From the IMG/VR virus record IMGVR_UViG_3300009079_000013: 64,000 nucleotides of DNA; one strand, 5' to 3'. Below are positions 49,445-58,512 of this stretch, one piece after another; within the stretch, counting starts at the first letter, position 1; each line of letters opens with the position of its first letter. A model generated the notes under the pieces. The model saw only the letters and a program-made list of their open reading frames with translations. It had not been told where the DNA came from and ran no database searches. The DNA is from a virus. The position numbers were made by a program, and so were the translations under genes.

Positions 49445-50587
49445 ATGAATATAGATTTAGATACTAATACTACTCTTCCGGAGTTCTTAAAAGAAGTTAT
49501 GCTAAATAGATTTCCTGATGATCCCATTAAGCATAAAATAGACGAAGCTAATCCTAAAAAAATAAACTTAGCATGTCCAGTATGTGGAGATTCTGAAAAA
49601 AAGAAATCTAAACGTAGAGGTAATATCTATTTGGAAAGCAATACTTATAAATGTTATAACGATGGATGCATGATATTTATGGATCTCGATAAATTTATAT
49701 CTAGATATTGTCATGAATATAGTTTAATGCCACCTGACCTCTTTATTAAAGGCGGTCTTAAAACAAATGTTAAATCAAGGAAAAAATTATCTCTTCTTAC
49801 TTTCTTAATAAATCAAGATTTAAAACATAAGTTGGTTGATTTAGAATACTTTGCAGATAGGTTTTCATTAAATAAAATAGATACTAACTCAGCTAATTCA
49901 AAATGTTCAAAATACATAATAAGCAGAGAATTAGATAAGTGCGATTCCTTTTCAGAATGTTGCTATGAAGATTCTAAATCTGAAAAGATATTTATTTTTA
50001 ATAAAGATAATGTTTCAAACAAAATATTAGGATATTCCGTCAGGTCCATAGACGATAATTATTGGGGCCCTAAATATAAAATGATGAACTATTCAGAAAT
50101 AAATAGAGAAGTTTCTAAATTAGGAATGACCGAAGAAGAGCTAAATGAAATAGATTCTCTCAATAACATATTTAATATATTGAATATAGATTTTAAGAAA
50201 AAAATAACAATATGCGAAGGTCAATTTGATTCAATGTTTTTACATAATGGTATAGCATCAACCGGTGTAGGTAAAATAAAGGAGACTATAGCAATGCTCT
50301 CAGAGGACGCTAAAGTTAGGATATTATTCGACAATGACAAAGCTGGAAAAACACAATCTATTAAACTTTTACAAGAAGGATATGAAGTCTTCATGTGGTC
50401 TAAGTTGATAAAAGATTTAAAGAATGACTTCCCAAAACATTTAATAGATATTAAAAAAATAACTGATGTGAATATGCTTTACATGTTTTTAATTAAATTA
50501 AACTCTTCATTTTTTAGTATAAAAGAGTTTAATAAAACACTAGACTCATATTTTACAAATTCACTGTTTGACATACTATATTTGTAA
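49445..50587 (+). CDS. gp61: DNA primase (T4 gp61-like)
   Basis: CPVCGDS..KRRG..YKCYNDGC Zn ribbon; CEGQFD; FDNDKAG TOPRIM. Confidence 0.88.
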   Translation: MNIDLDTNTTLPEFLKEVMLNRFPDDPIKHKIDEANPKKINLACPVCGDSEKKKSKRRGNIYLESNTYKCYNDGCMIFMDLDKFISRYCHEYSLMPPDLFIKGGLKTNVKSRKKLSLLTFLINQDLKHKLVDLEYFADRFSLNKIDTNSANSKCSKYIISRELDKCDSFSECCYEDSKSEKIFIFNKDNVSNKILGYSVRSIDDNYWGPKYKMMNYSEINREVSKLGMTEEELNEIDSLNNIFNILNIDFKKKITICEGQFDSMFLHNGIASTGVGKIKETIAMLSEDAKVRILFDNDKAGKTQSIKLLQEGYEVFMWSKLIKDLKNDFPKHLIDIKKITDVNMLYMFLIKLNSSFFSIKEFNKTLDSYFTNSLFDILYL

Positions 50588-50613
50588 ATAAATAAATAAA
50601 AATAACTTTTTAA

Positions 50614-51045
50614 ATGAAAAAATTAGTAAAAACTTTAACAGAATTCAAAAATCACGGATTAAAAAATCCTAAAAAAGCTGATTTAAATGATGATAATAAA
50701 CTATCTAGCTATGAAGTAACGAGAGGAAAAGCAATAGAGAACAATATGGGAGAAGGTCCAGATTCAAACAATATGGACGATATAGCATCCGAATTAAATC
50801 TAGCTGAAGAAATCTTAGACGAGTTGATAGAAGCAGTAGGTTCAGAAGAAGATGTTGAAAAAGCTGCAGAAGAAGCGTATAACGACTTAAAGGATGCATA
50901 TGAGTCTGATGAAATAGAAATGATGGAAAAAGAGGGAGTTCCTGAAAATTTAGCAATGTCTGCACTTATTGTAAAATTAGTAGAACAAGGAAAATTAGAT
51001 CCTAAGAAAGCCGATAAATTCATAGGCGATAGCGTAGATGACTAA
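50614..51045 (+). CDS. Acidic hypothetical protein (EF-hand-like KADLNDDNKLSSYE segment)
   Basis: ORF with late-promoter-like motif upstream. Confidence 0.55.
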   Translation: MKKLVKTLTEFKNHGLKNPKKADLNDDNKLSSYEVTRGKAIENNMGEGPDSNNMDDIASELNLAEEILDELIEAVGSEEDVEKAAEEAYNDLKDAYESDEIEMMEKEGVPENLAMSALIVKLVEQGKLDPKKADKFIGDSVDD

Positions 51046-51550
51046 TAAAAACAATAAACCTAAAAGTATAAAAGATACTTTAAAACCTAGAAGGGGGAAG
51101 ATAAGACAGGGTTATTTTATTCCTAAGAATCCTGACAAATACGATGGAGATCTTTCTCAGATAATATACAGATCTAGTTGGGAATATAAATTTTTGAAGT
51201 TCTGCGACGACAATGAAAAAATATTAAAATATTCATCGGAGCCTGTTGGTATTGCTTATTGGAATCCTGTTACTAAAAAAACATGTAAGTATTGGGTTGA
51301 CGCCTATATAGTAACAAGAGACCCTAATGGAAATATAAAAAAGTGGATACTTGAAATAAAACCTCTCAAATACACTCAACCTCCTAAGCCTATAAAAAAA
51401 ATGACTGAAAAACAAATGAAACATTATCTTAGTCATACAAAGGCGTATTTAATAAATAGAGCTAAATTTGAAGCAGCTAAAGATTATGCAGATTCAAAAG
51501 GTATAAAATTTGGAATAATAACTGAAAACTTTTTGTTTAAGAATTTGTAA
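51038..51550 (+). CDS. gp4: Head completion nuclease (T4 gp4-like)
   Basis: PKNPDKY, YRSSWE, YSSE, YWVD, EIKP, AKFEAA, IITE. Confidence 0.88.
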   Translation: MTNKNNKPKSIKDTLKPRRGKIRQGYFIPKNPDKYDGDLSQIIYRSSWEYKFLKFCDDNEKILKYSSEPVGIAYWNPVTKKTCKYWVDAYIVTRDPNGNIKKWILEIKPLKYTQPPKPIKKMTEKQMKHYLSHTKAYLINRAKFEAAKDYADSKGIKFGIITENFLFKNL

Positions 51551-51559
51551 GATATTACT

Positions 51560-52237
51560 ATGAAGAAATTACTTAGAGATATTAGTATTAAAGCACCTGT
51601 AAATAATCCATTTAAAATAATAGAGGAGTATGGAAAACCCATGCCTCCTAGTTTAATACCAGGTCATTTATACGCGCTCGGTATAGACACAGGTTCCCAA
51701 GTATCTCCCGATACTATTCCATACGATAAGCAGGATTATGTAGACAATAAAGACGATAAGTTCTTTGTTACGAAAAAACCATATTATGATTCAATGCCAT
51801 TTGGAATAGCATTAAATATAAACAATGAAAACTATCAATCTATTTTAAATTTAAAATTAATGTCACCTGTTTACCGAAGACTTATACTAGATTCATATTA
51901 TGCTATTATGAACGTTAAAAATAATTTCATAAGTCCATATGTAAGTGAAGATTTAAAAACCATAGATACTCCTATTGGTAAAAGAATAAGAGATCAATCT
52001 TATATGCAACCCTTTTTTGCTGTAAACGAATCGTTTATATCTAAGATTGTTAATGCAAATGTTAATTTTGCAATAAAAAACTATGAGATAAATAGTATAA
52101 AGAAGGTTAGATTACTTGACTGGAATGCTTTACCCGATATATACAACATGGGAGTAGCCTCAGATGGAATAATATTTAACCAGAGAATAGGTGGAATAGA
52201 AGGAATATTCGAAAGATTCGAATCTAAGTTCTTTTAA
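51560..52237 (+). CDS. Possible DNA end protector (gp2-like)
   Basis: PGHLY, PYYDSMP, LNLKLM; adjacent to gp4 as in T4-like phages. Confidence 0.45.
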   Translation: MKKLLRDISIKAPVNNPFKIIEEYGKPMPPSLIPGHLYALGIDTGSQVSPDTIPYDKQDYVDNKDDKFFVTKKPYYDSMPFGIALNINNENYQSILNLKLMSPVYRRLILDSYYAIMNVKNNFISPYVSEDLKTIDTPIGKRIRDQSYMQPFFAVNESFISKIVNANVNFAIKNYEINSIKKVRLLDWNALPDIYNMGVASDGIIFNQRIGGIEGIFERFESKFF

Positions 52238-52263
52238 ATCGTAAATAAAAACTATAATAAGCA

Positions 52264-53994
52264 ATGGCAGGATTTTTAGAAAATACAGTAAATAGATTAA
52301 GCAGCAGACTATCTGCATTAAGCAGATTCAATGTTAGGCATGAAGATCTTTTACTAAAGAATTCACAGGCAATTGGATTCATAGAAAGTCAACTAATGGC
52401 TAGAAGTAATGAACAATATGGCCAGAACGAGATGATGAGAATGTCGATGGCTATATCTGACACTACTTCTCAATTAAGAACAAAAGCAGTTGCCTTTTTT
52501 CAATTAGACTATGCTATAAAAAGAGAAAGACTTAGAGATATTGCATCCAATGGGGAAATAGAATTTGTATTAGAAACTATAACCGATGATGTTATAGTAT
52601 ATGATGATGAAAATATGTTTTGCCAACCGTCTGATCCTATTGGTAAAATGATGTACAAAGGAAACTCAAAGGAACAGCGATTAAAGTATCAAGATAATGT
52701 CATACGAAAATACAATGAAAACTTTCATAAAATATATAATTCATGGGGGTTTGGTGAAGGTATATCTGCCTGGCAATATGTATATCAATATTTAGTAGAA
52801 GGTCATTTAGCGTTTGAAATAATATATGACAATCCTCAAAACCCTAGGGAAATAATAGGCTATAAAGAACTTGATCCTACTAGTATAGTTCCCCAGTTAT
52901 CGAAAGATAACGCAGGTAAATTATTTTTACAGTGGACCCAATATACTCCAAATAGTACTCATACTAGAACGCTTACAGATTCTCAAATAATATACTTGTC
53001 TTATTCGAATCATTTTAGAACAAAAAGAGTTAGCTTTGTAGAAAGACTAATACGTTCGTTTAATCTACTAAGAATTATTGAACAAAGCAAGGTTATATGG
53101 CACGTTATGAATGCTCCAATAAGACTAACCACTACTGTTCCCGTTGGTTCTAAATCTATTCAAAAAGCACAAGAAGACGTAAGAGAGTTTTTAAATATTC
53201 TTAAGGAAGATATTAACTTTGACAATGATTCAGGTGAAATAAAAGTAAACGGACAACCTAATATCTTATTTTATAAAAATTATGTTTTACCAGTAAATGA
53301 TAGAAACGAACAAGTAAAGATTGAGCCATTACAGTATCCGGGACCTAATCTATCTGGATCTGAATTATTAAATCACTTCTTAAAGAAATTAAAGATGGAT
53401 TCTAAAATTCCATATTCTCGTTGGGAAGGTCAATCTGGAATGGGAGCATTTACTCTCAATGCCGAAGGTATTACTAGAGAAGAAATAAGATATAACAAAT
53501 TCGTAAATAGAATTAGAACAACTATACAGGAACTTATAACTAAACCTCTTTGGTTACAAATGGAATTAGATATACCTCAGATAAAAGGAGATCATAAATT
53601 TAAAAACGCAATAGGCGTTAAATTTAATAATGATAATTTGTTTGAAGAAATGAAAGAACGAGAAGTTGCTAATAAGAGATTAGCTAGTTTCACTGCCATG
53701 AAAGGTGTAATGAACGATGATGGTACTCCATATTTCTCTACTGAATATTTAATAAGAAAGGAACTTAAAATGTCAGATGATGAAATTTCAACAAACCAAA
53801 ATTACATCATACAAGAGCAAGAAGCTCAGGAAGAAGCTAATTCCAAACCCCCTAAGCCTGATGGAAGTGCAGGAGGTGCTATGCCAGATGTAGGTGGTGG
53901 TGGAGCTGCGGCCGCTGGTAGCGGAGCTGCGGCTCCTGAAGGAGGAAGTGAAGTAGTGGATGGTGGAGAAACCAAAGGCGAAGGCCAATTATAA
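52264..53994 (+). CDS. gp20: Portal protein (T4 gp20-like)
   Basis: EIEFVLETITDD, YLVEGHL, ELDP, LRIIEQS, L-PG, KIPYSR, ITREEIRYNKFVNR. Confidence 0.88.
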   Translation: MAGFLENTVNRLSSRLSALSRFNVRHEDLLLKNSQAIGFIESQLMARSNEQYGQNEMMRMSMAISDTTSQLRTKAVAFFQLDYAIKRERLRDIASNGEIEFVLETITDDVIVYDDENMFCQPSDPIGKMMYKGNSKEQRLKYQDNVIRKYNENFHKIYNSWGFGEGISAWQYVYQYLVEGHLAFEIIYDNPQNPREIIGYKELDPTSIVPQLSKDNAGKLFLQWTQYTPNSTHTRTLTDSQIIYLSYSNHFRTKRVSFVERLIRSFNLLRIIEQSKVIWHVMNAPIRLTTTVPVGSKSIQKAQEDVREFLNILKEDINFDNDSGEIKVNGQPNILFYKNYVLPVNDRNEQVKIEPLQYPGPNLSGSELLNHFLKKLKMDSKIPYSRWEGQSGMGAFTLNAEGITREEIRYNKFVNRIRTTIQELITKPLWLQMELDIPQIKGDHKFKNAIGVKFNNDNLFEEMKEREVANKRLASFTAMKGVMNDDGTPYFSTEYLIRKELKMSDDEISTNQNYIIQEQEAQEEANSKPPKPDGSAGGAMPDVGGGGAAAAGSGAAAPEGGSEVVDGGETKGEGQL

Positions 53995-53996
53995 AT

Positions 53997-54206
53997 ATGA
54001 TAAAGAAAGGGATAATATCAGGCAAAGTTTTAAAAGGAAGTAATCCTGAGCAATTAAATGTTACACATGGACCTAATACTCATAAAGTACATAAGCATCC
54101 AGTAGACGATTTAATTGATAAGTCTATAGGGAAAACTGCTGAGTGGTTTGAACCTAACGGAAGTGTAATTATTCCAACTGAAAAGATAGAATATTTAAAA
54201 TCTTAA
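53997..54206 (+). CDS. Hypothetical protein
   Basis: Follows portal gene. Confidence 0.5.
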   Translation: MIKKGIISGKVLKGSNPEQLNVTHGPNTHKVHKHPVDDLIDKSIGKTAEWFEPNGSVIIPTEKIEYLKS

Positions 54207-54213
54207 TACGTTT

Positions 54214-54588
54214 TTATCCGTAGAATATACCAAATGGATTATCTCCATCGATATTTATTTTTAATACAAATACATCCCTGTCTTTTTCGTCTGTATATTT
54301 AGAAGGAGCCACGTCTATATTTTTAATTTTAGCAGATGCAACATATCTTTCTATCTGATTATTAGCCTCATTGGATAAATTAAAAGGGTCTGTTTCAAAA
54401 TCAAAAAGATATTTATTTACATCTAACCCAAACTCAGGTTCTCCTAACACGCTTCCTCTTTCAGTTAAAACAGTCATTTTAATTTGAGATATTGCTTCTT
54501 CGGTATCATCCGATATTTGTAAAACTCCCTTTTTATAATTTGGATCAGTTTCAGTTCTCATATAAAAGTCTTTAAGTGTTGATGCCAT
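54214..54588 (-). CDS. gp25: Baseplate wedge protein (gp25-like)
   Basis: LTERGSVLGEPEFG..YLFD. Confidence 0.75.
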   Translation of the reverse strand: MASTLKDFYMRTETDPNYKKGVLQISDDTEEAISQIKMTVLTERGSVLGEPEFGLDVNKYLFDFETDPFNLSNEANNQIERYVASAKIKNIDVAPSKYTDEKDRDVFVLKINIDGDNPFGIFYG

Positions 54589-54602
54589 TTTAATACATTA
54601 TT

Positions 54603-55337
54603 TTATTGTCTATATAGATAAATCCAATCAGGAGTATTCTCCTTACTCATCATGTCTTCCACTGCCTTTATCTCAGCTTCAGCCGTAGATGTTATAGATT
54701 CATAACTAATAGCTACATTACCAGGTAGAGTATATTTAAAAGTCTGTAACATATGTGCTAGTCTAACTTTACATTTAGCTCTTACCCATCTTTGAAAGAT
54801 TTCATCTTCATATAACTTATCTACTTCTAGTTTTTTATAAAACTGAACAATTGCATCTACCTTAGGAGTTCTTCCCACTATTGTAAGTAATTTAGTATTT
54901 TTGTTATAATCATACGCTAATGTGTCTAATACAAGTCCTCTGGTTAAATCTAAGAAGCTAAAGATTACTGTTCTATACATTATACTCTCTCCAATAAAAG
55001 GTGTTAGAAACACTTCTGAACCTATAAATTTTGACTCTGAAAAGTCTCTATCCATTGTTCCGAAAATAGAACCTCCAGTAGGTTCTTTACATTGTGTAAC
55101 AAATTGTACACAATCTGGTAATTGTATCTGTCGTATTTTCTTAAATTGTTTAGAATCAAATAATTCTTTAGGAAGACTTAAATATCTGGGCTCAACGGCA
55201 TGTCTCCAGTTATCCCAAAAATACCTTGCACCTATGTCAAGTTGCCTCTTAATCTCTTTCTCGGGTAAAGAATATGGTAACATTCCTGAAAATGTTATTT
55301 CTTCATTAATGTCTTTTATTAAATCTTCTTCAGTCAT
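54603..55337 (-). CDS. Neck protein (gp13-like)
   Basis: YDYNKNTKLL, LYEDE..W..AKCK, LPGNVAI. Confidence 0.6.
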   Translation of the reverse strand: MTEEDLIKDINEEITFSGMLPYSLPEKEIKRQLDIGARYFWDNWRHAVEPRYLSLPKELFDSKQFKKIRQIQLPDCVQFVTQCKEPTGGSIFGTMDRDFSESKFIGSEVFLTPFIGESIMYRTVIFSFLDLTRGLVLDTLAYDYNKNTKLLTIVGRTPKVDAIVQFYKKLEVDKLYEDEIFQRWVRAKCKVRLAHMLQTFKYTLPGNVAISYESITSTAEAEIKAVEDMMSKENTPDWIYLYRQ

Positions 55338-55361
55338 CTGGTATTATTTATTTTAAAAAAT

Positions 55362-55814
55362 CTATTGGTTAGAACCGGGTCCGTTTCCTGAGGTTTTATC
55401 GCTAAATCTTATGTCTGAGGTATCTATCTCAACAGTACCGTCTTCTTTTTTAAGCTTAGCCAAAGCTCTATGATTTTTCTTATTAGACAACTCGTCCCTT
55501 TTTGATGCTCTGCTAGCCGCGTTAGATTGAACCCCCTGTAAACATCTGTCCTTTATATTTCTTTTCCAATCGCTATGAAATATTAAATTAAGAGCTCTTG
55601 ATATATCAACTTCTTCAATATCTCCTATGTTGTTATAAGGATCTCTTGCTAACTTTTCATTAGCTAATTCTTGAGCAATTGCCATTATACTAGTGTACAT
55701 ATTAGCTACTGCGCTGTTTACCATTCCAGTATAGTTAGTATTATACACTACATTATCTTTTTCTTCATTTAGAAAAGATTCTATGTCGCTTATATGTTTG
55801 CTTTTATGCTTCAT
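55362..55814 (-). CDS. Hypothetical protein
   Basis: IESFLNEE motif near N-terminus. Confidence 0.55.
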   Translation of the reverse strand: MKHKSKHISDIESFLNEEKDNVVYNTNYTGMVNSAVANMYTSIMAIAQELANEKLARDPYNNIGDIEEVDISRALNLIFHSDWKRNIKDRCLQGVQSNAASRASKRDELSNKKNHRALAKLKKEDGTVEIDTSDIRFSDKTSGNGPGSNQ

Positions 55815-56028
55815 TGGCTTCTTCCTGATCTTCTATTTGTCTAAGTTGCTCTATTTCTATGTCTAATTTAGAAATGTCTGACTCAATTTGAGTTTTTTGA
55901 ATGTCATCTGTAGTTTGCTTTAGTTTTTCTTGCAAAGCTTTTTTCTGATCTAATAACTGAATTTCTTTAGTATTAGTTTCAATAGATTCTGATACAAATC
56001 CTTTAAAATTTTTAATATAATTTTTCAT
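55804..56028 (-). CDS. Small coiled-coil protein with CTS-like N-terminus
   Basis: MKNYIKNFKGFVSE. Confidence 0.55.
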   Translation of the reverse strand: MKNYIKNFKGFVSESIETNTKEIQLLDQKKALQEKLKQTTDDIQKTQIESDISKLDIEIEQLRQIEDQEEANEA

Positions 56029-56033
56029 GTTCT

Positions 56034-57089
56034 CTATTTTAATTTTTCTGGAATATTTATCACCATTGATAATATCCTATTTACGTCTTCTATTTTATCT
56101 TTTCTTTTAAAATATGAAACGTCTTTATATTTATTATTTATCTCACGAATTTTCTTAGATGTATCAGCTGTGTTGTTGTTTAATGAGTTTTTACAAAGCA
56201 TAGTTAAATATAGCAAAATACCTAAATTTAATTCATCGAATTGTTCATATATGTCTTCATGATCTTCATAATATCCATTTCCTTCAAAATAACCTTCATC
56301 TAAATTTTCATATTTTGATTCCAGTCTTCTTCCAATATAATTAACTTGTGCATCTAAAATGTCTAATATTCCATGTTTAGATAATCCAGTTTTTAGGATA
56401 GCTGCTGATATTGAAATTTTATTTTTAGTATAGTTAACTACAATTTCATCTAAAGAAGGAAGATCGTTAGTAGAATTTATTCTAAAAATAGTATTAAATG
56501 TTTTAGAGTTTTCACTGTTTATAGGACCTACTATTTCTGATGTATATTCACCGCTATCTCCTCCATCTGGAGGATTATAATAATCTCCGGGGTCTCCTTC
56601 AGTTGGAGTGTTTATCGTATCGTAAAAAATCTCTACTCCTATTTCTAATATTTTATCATTTATAGTTCCATCTATATCGTCTTCTTCTAGATTAAGGTTA
56701 CCTGAATCTATGTCGTTTAACATTGACATGCATATATTTTCATATTCAGTTTCACCTAAGCTTTTTTCTATTGATGTAAATTTCTCTACCATATAGTCTA
56801 AAGCTCTATCTGACTGAAGGTCTGATATTTCATTACGTTTATCATTATTGATATCTTCTTCACCAGTTGGGTCTTGTCCAAACCTTCCACCTCCTGCACC
56901 TCCAAAACCGCCTGATAAATAAGGAGAATTATTCCAATGCATAGGCATTCTTCCTATTCCTCCTACATGAGTGTTTATAGATAGCGGAGTCGGTACACTA
57001 GGGTTTCTAACAAACATATGCTCAGGAGGATATTCTATTGTGATAGCCCCAAAATGCTCTTTGATATATTCTTTGTAACTTTTTACCAT
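56034..57089 (-). CDS. Hypothetical protein with CTS-like N-terminus
   Basis: MVKSYKEYIKE. Confidence 0.6.
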   Translation of the reverse strand: MVKSYKEYIKEHFGAITIEYPPEHMFVRNPSVPTPLSINTHVGGIGRMPMHWNNSPYLSGGFGGAGGGRFGQDPTGEEDINNDKRNEISDLQSDRALDYMVEKFTSIEKSLGETEYENICMSMLNDIDSGNLNLEEDDIDGTINDKILEIGVEIFYDTINTPTEGDPGDYYNPPDGGDSGEYTSEIVGPINSENSKTFNTIFRINSTNDLPSLDEIVVNYTKNKISISAAILKTGLSKHGILDILDAQVNYIGRRLESKYENLDEGYFEGNGYYEDHEDIYEQFDELNLGILLYLTMLCKNSLNNNTADTSKKIREINNKYKDVSYFKRKDKIEDVNRILSMVINIPEKLK

Positions 57090-57099
57090 ATTAAATGAT

Positions 57100-57375
57100 T
57101 TATAAATCCATCCAGGAATCTTTGTCCATCATTGAATCAAACGCAGTAGGTTCTCTATCTGCTATTTCATCCCATGTCGGTATTTTATTCGATATTTCAA
57201 CATCTACCGTTGGATTTTCCATAAGATGCATCTTTAGAATGTTTTCAATTGTACTGTATTCTGCATCTAGTTGCATTTCCTCTAGTTTATCTAATAACTG
57301 ATCTACGGTCATTGATAGTATTTCTTGTGGCCATTCTTCGTCGTGATGTTCAAATATTTTATTCCAACTTTTCAT
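57100..57375 (-). CDS. Acidic hypothetical protein
   Basis: MKSWNKIFE N-terminus. Confidence 0.5.
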   Translation of the reverse strand: MKSWNKIFEHHDEEWPQEILSMTVDQLLDKLEEMQLDAEYSTIENILKMHLMENPTVDVEISNKIPTWDEIADREPTAFDSMMDKDSWMDL

Positions 57376-57410
57376 ATCAATAGGAGTTTATTTTATATAT
57401 TTAGAATTAT

Positions 57411-57420
57411 TTAGTATAAT
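57411..57420 (+). promoter_or_regulatory. TTAGTATAAT promoter-like motif
   Basis: In divergent intergenic region, heads + strand repair operon. Confidence 0.5.
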
Positions 57421-57439
57421 ATTATAAAATAAATCAAAT

Positions 57440-57655
57440 ATGTTCTTTAAAAAACGTAAAACAATTACTGAAACAGATGGATATAGAAGCGAAATACTTA
57501 AAGCTAAACTTAAGACTGATGTAATCAATAAACTTAATCAGATAAGAATGCACATAGATAAAGAAGATAATTGCTCATATGGAGCTTCTTACGAGCAAAA
57601 CCTTAGAATAATACTAGAAGACCTAGATGATATTTTATTAAATTGGAAAGATTAG
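57440..57655 (+). CDS. Hypothetical protein
   Basis: ORF track. Confidence 0.5.
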   Translation: MFFKKRKTITETDGYRSEILKAKLKTDVINKLNQIRMHIDKEDNCSYGASYEQNLRIILEDLDDILLNWKD

Positions 57656-57659
57656 AATT

Positions 57660-58481
57660 ATGCCTGAATTAGCAGAACTTAGATTAACAGCGGATTATAT
57701 AAATCAAACAGTTAAAGGAAAAACCTTTAATAAAGTTAAGAATAATCCAGAACATAAATGGAAACCCTTATTTCAAAAACATCCATCATTTACTATTAAA
57801 GCCAAAAGTAGAGGTAAGGAGTTAATAGTATATATGAACAATTATCCTATAAGAATGACAATGGGTATGTCAGGTTATTTTAGAATAACTAAGACAGGTG
57901 AAGAGCATAAACATTCGCATATTATTTTTGAATCAACTTGTGGAATGTCATTATCATTTATTGACATGAGAAGATTTGGTAAATGGTGGCCAGGACAGGA
58001 GTGGTCAAATGACAGAGGCCCTGACCCAACTCTTGATTTTGAGGAATTTGTTAGTAATGTTAAATCTAATTTACATAAGAAAATATTTAATAAACCTATA
58101 TGTGAAATACTTTTGAATCAAAAGTATTTTAATGGTATAGGTAACTATTTAAGAGCTGAAATAATTTATAGAATCGAGGAACTAAGTCCTTTTATGAAAG
58201 CAAGTGAAGCAATAGAAAAATATCCAGACATATTAAAACTTTGTAAATATATGCCAGAATTAGCTTATATCATGGGCGGAGGAAGCATTAAAGATTGGAA
58301 AAATCCATTTTTAAAAGAGTCAGGTAATTTTATGAAATGCTATGGTAATAGTGACATGATTAGAGAAAAAGATGGAACCGGAAGAACGATATGGTATAGA
58401 CCTGAACACCAATGGAAAAAAATAGATGAAGATCAGTGGGACCATTATTCAGGTTTACCTAATCCTAAATACTATAGTTAA
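57660..58481 (+). CDS. Fpg/Nei-family DNA glycosylase (zincless-finger type)
   Basis: N-terminal MPELAE, RGKEL, MGMSG, DMRRFG, H2TH LLNQKYFNGIGNYLRAE, GRTIWY; no 4-Cys finger. Confidence 0.88.
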   Translation: MPELAELRLTADYINQTVKGKTFNKVKNNPEHKWKPLFQKHPSFTIKAKSRGKELIVYMNNYPIRMTMGMSGYFRITKTGEEHKHSHIIFESTCGMSLSFIDMRRFGKWWPGQEWSNDRGPDPTLDFEEFVSNVKSNLHKKIFNKPICEILLNQKYFNGIGNYLRAEIIYRIEELSPFMKASEAIEKYPDILKLCKYMPELAYIMGGGSIKDWKNPFLKESGNFMKCYGNSDMIREKDGTGRTIWYRPEHQWKKIDEDQWDHYSGLPNPKYYS

Positions 58482-58487
58482 TATTAT

Positions 58488-58497
58488 TTAGTATAAT
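58488..58497 (+). promoter_or_regulatory. TTAGTATAAT promoter-like motif heading ligase + cassette array
   Basis: 15 nt upstream of ligase ATG. Confidence 0.5.
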
Positions 58498-58512
58498 ATA
58501 AAAAAATAAAAA

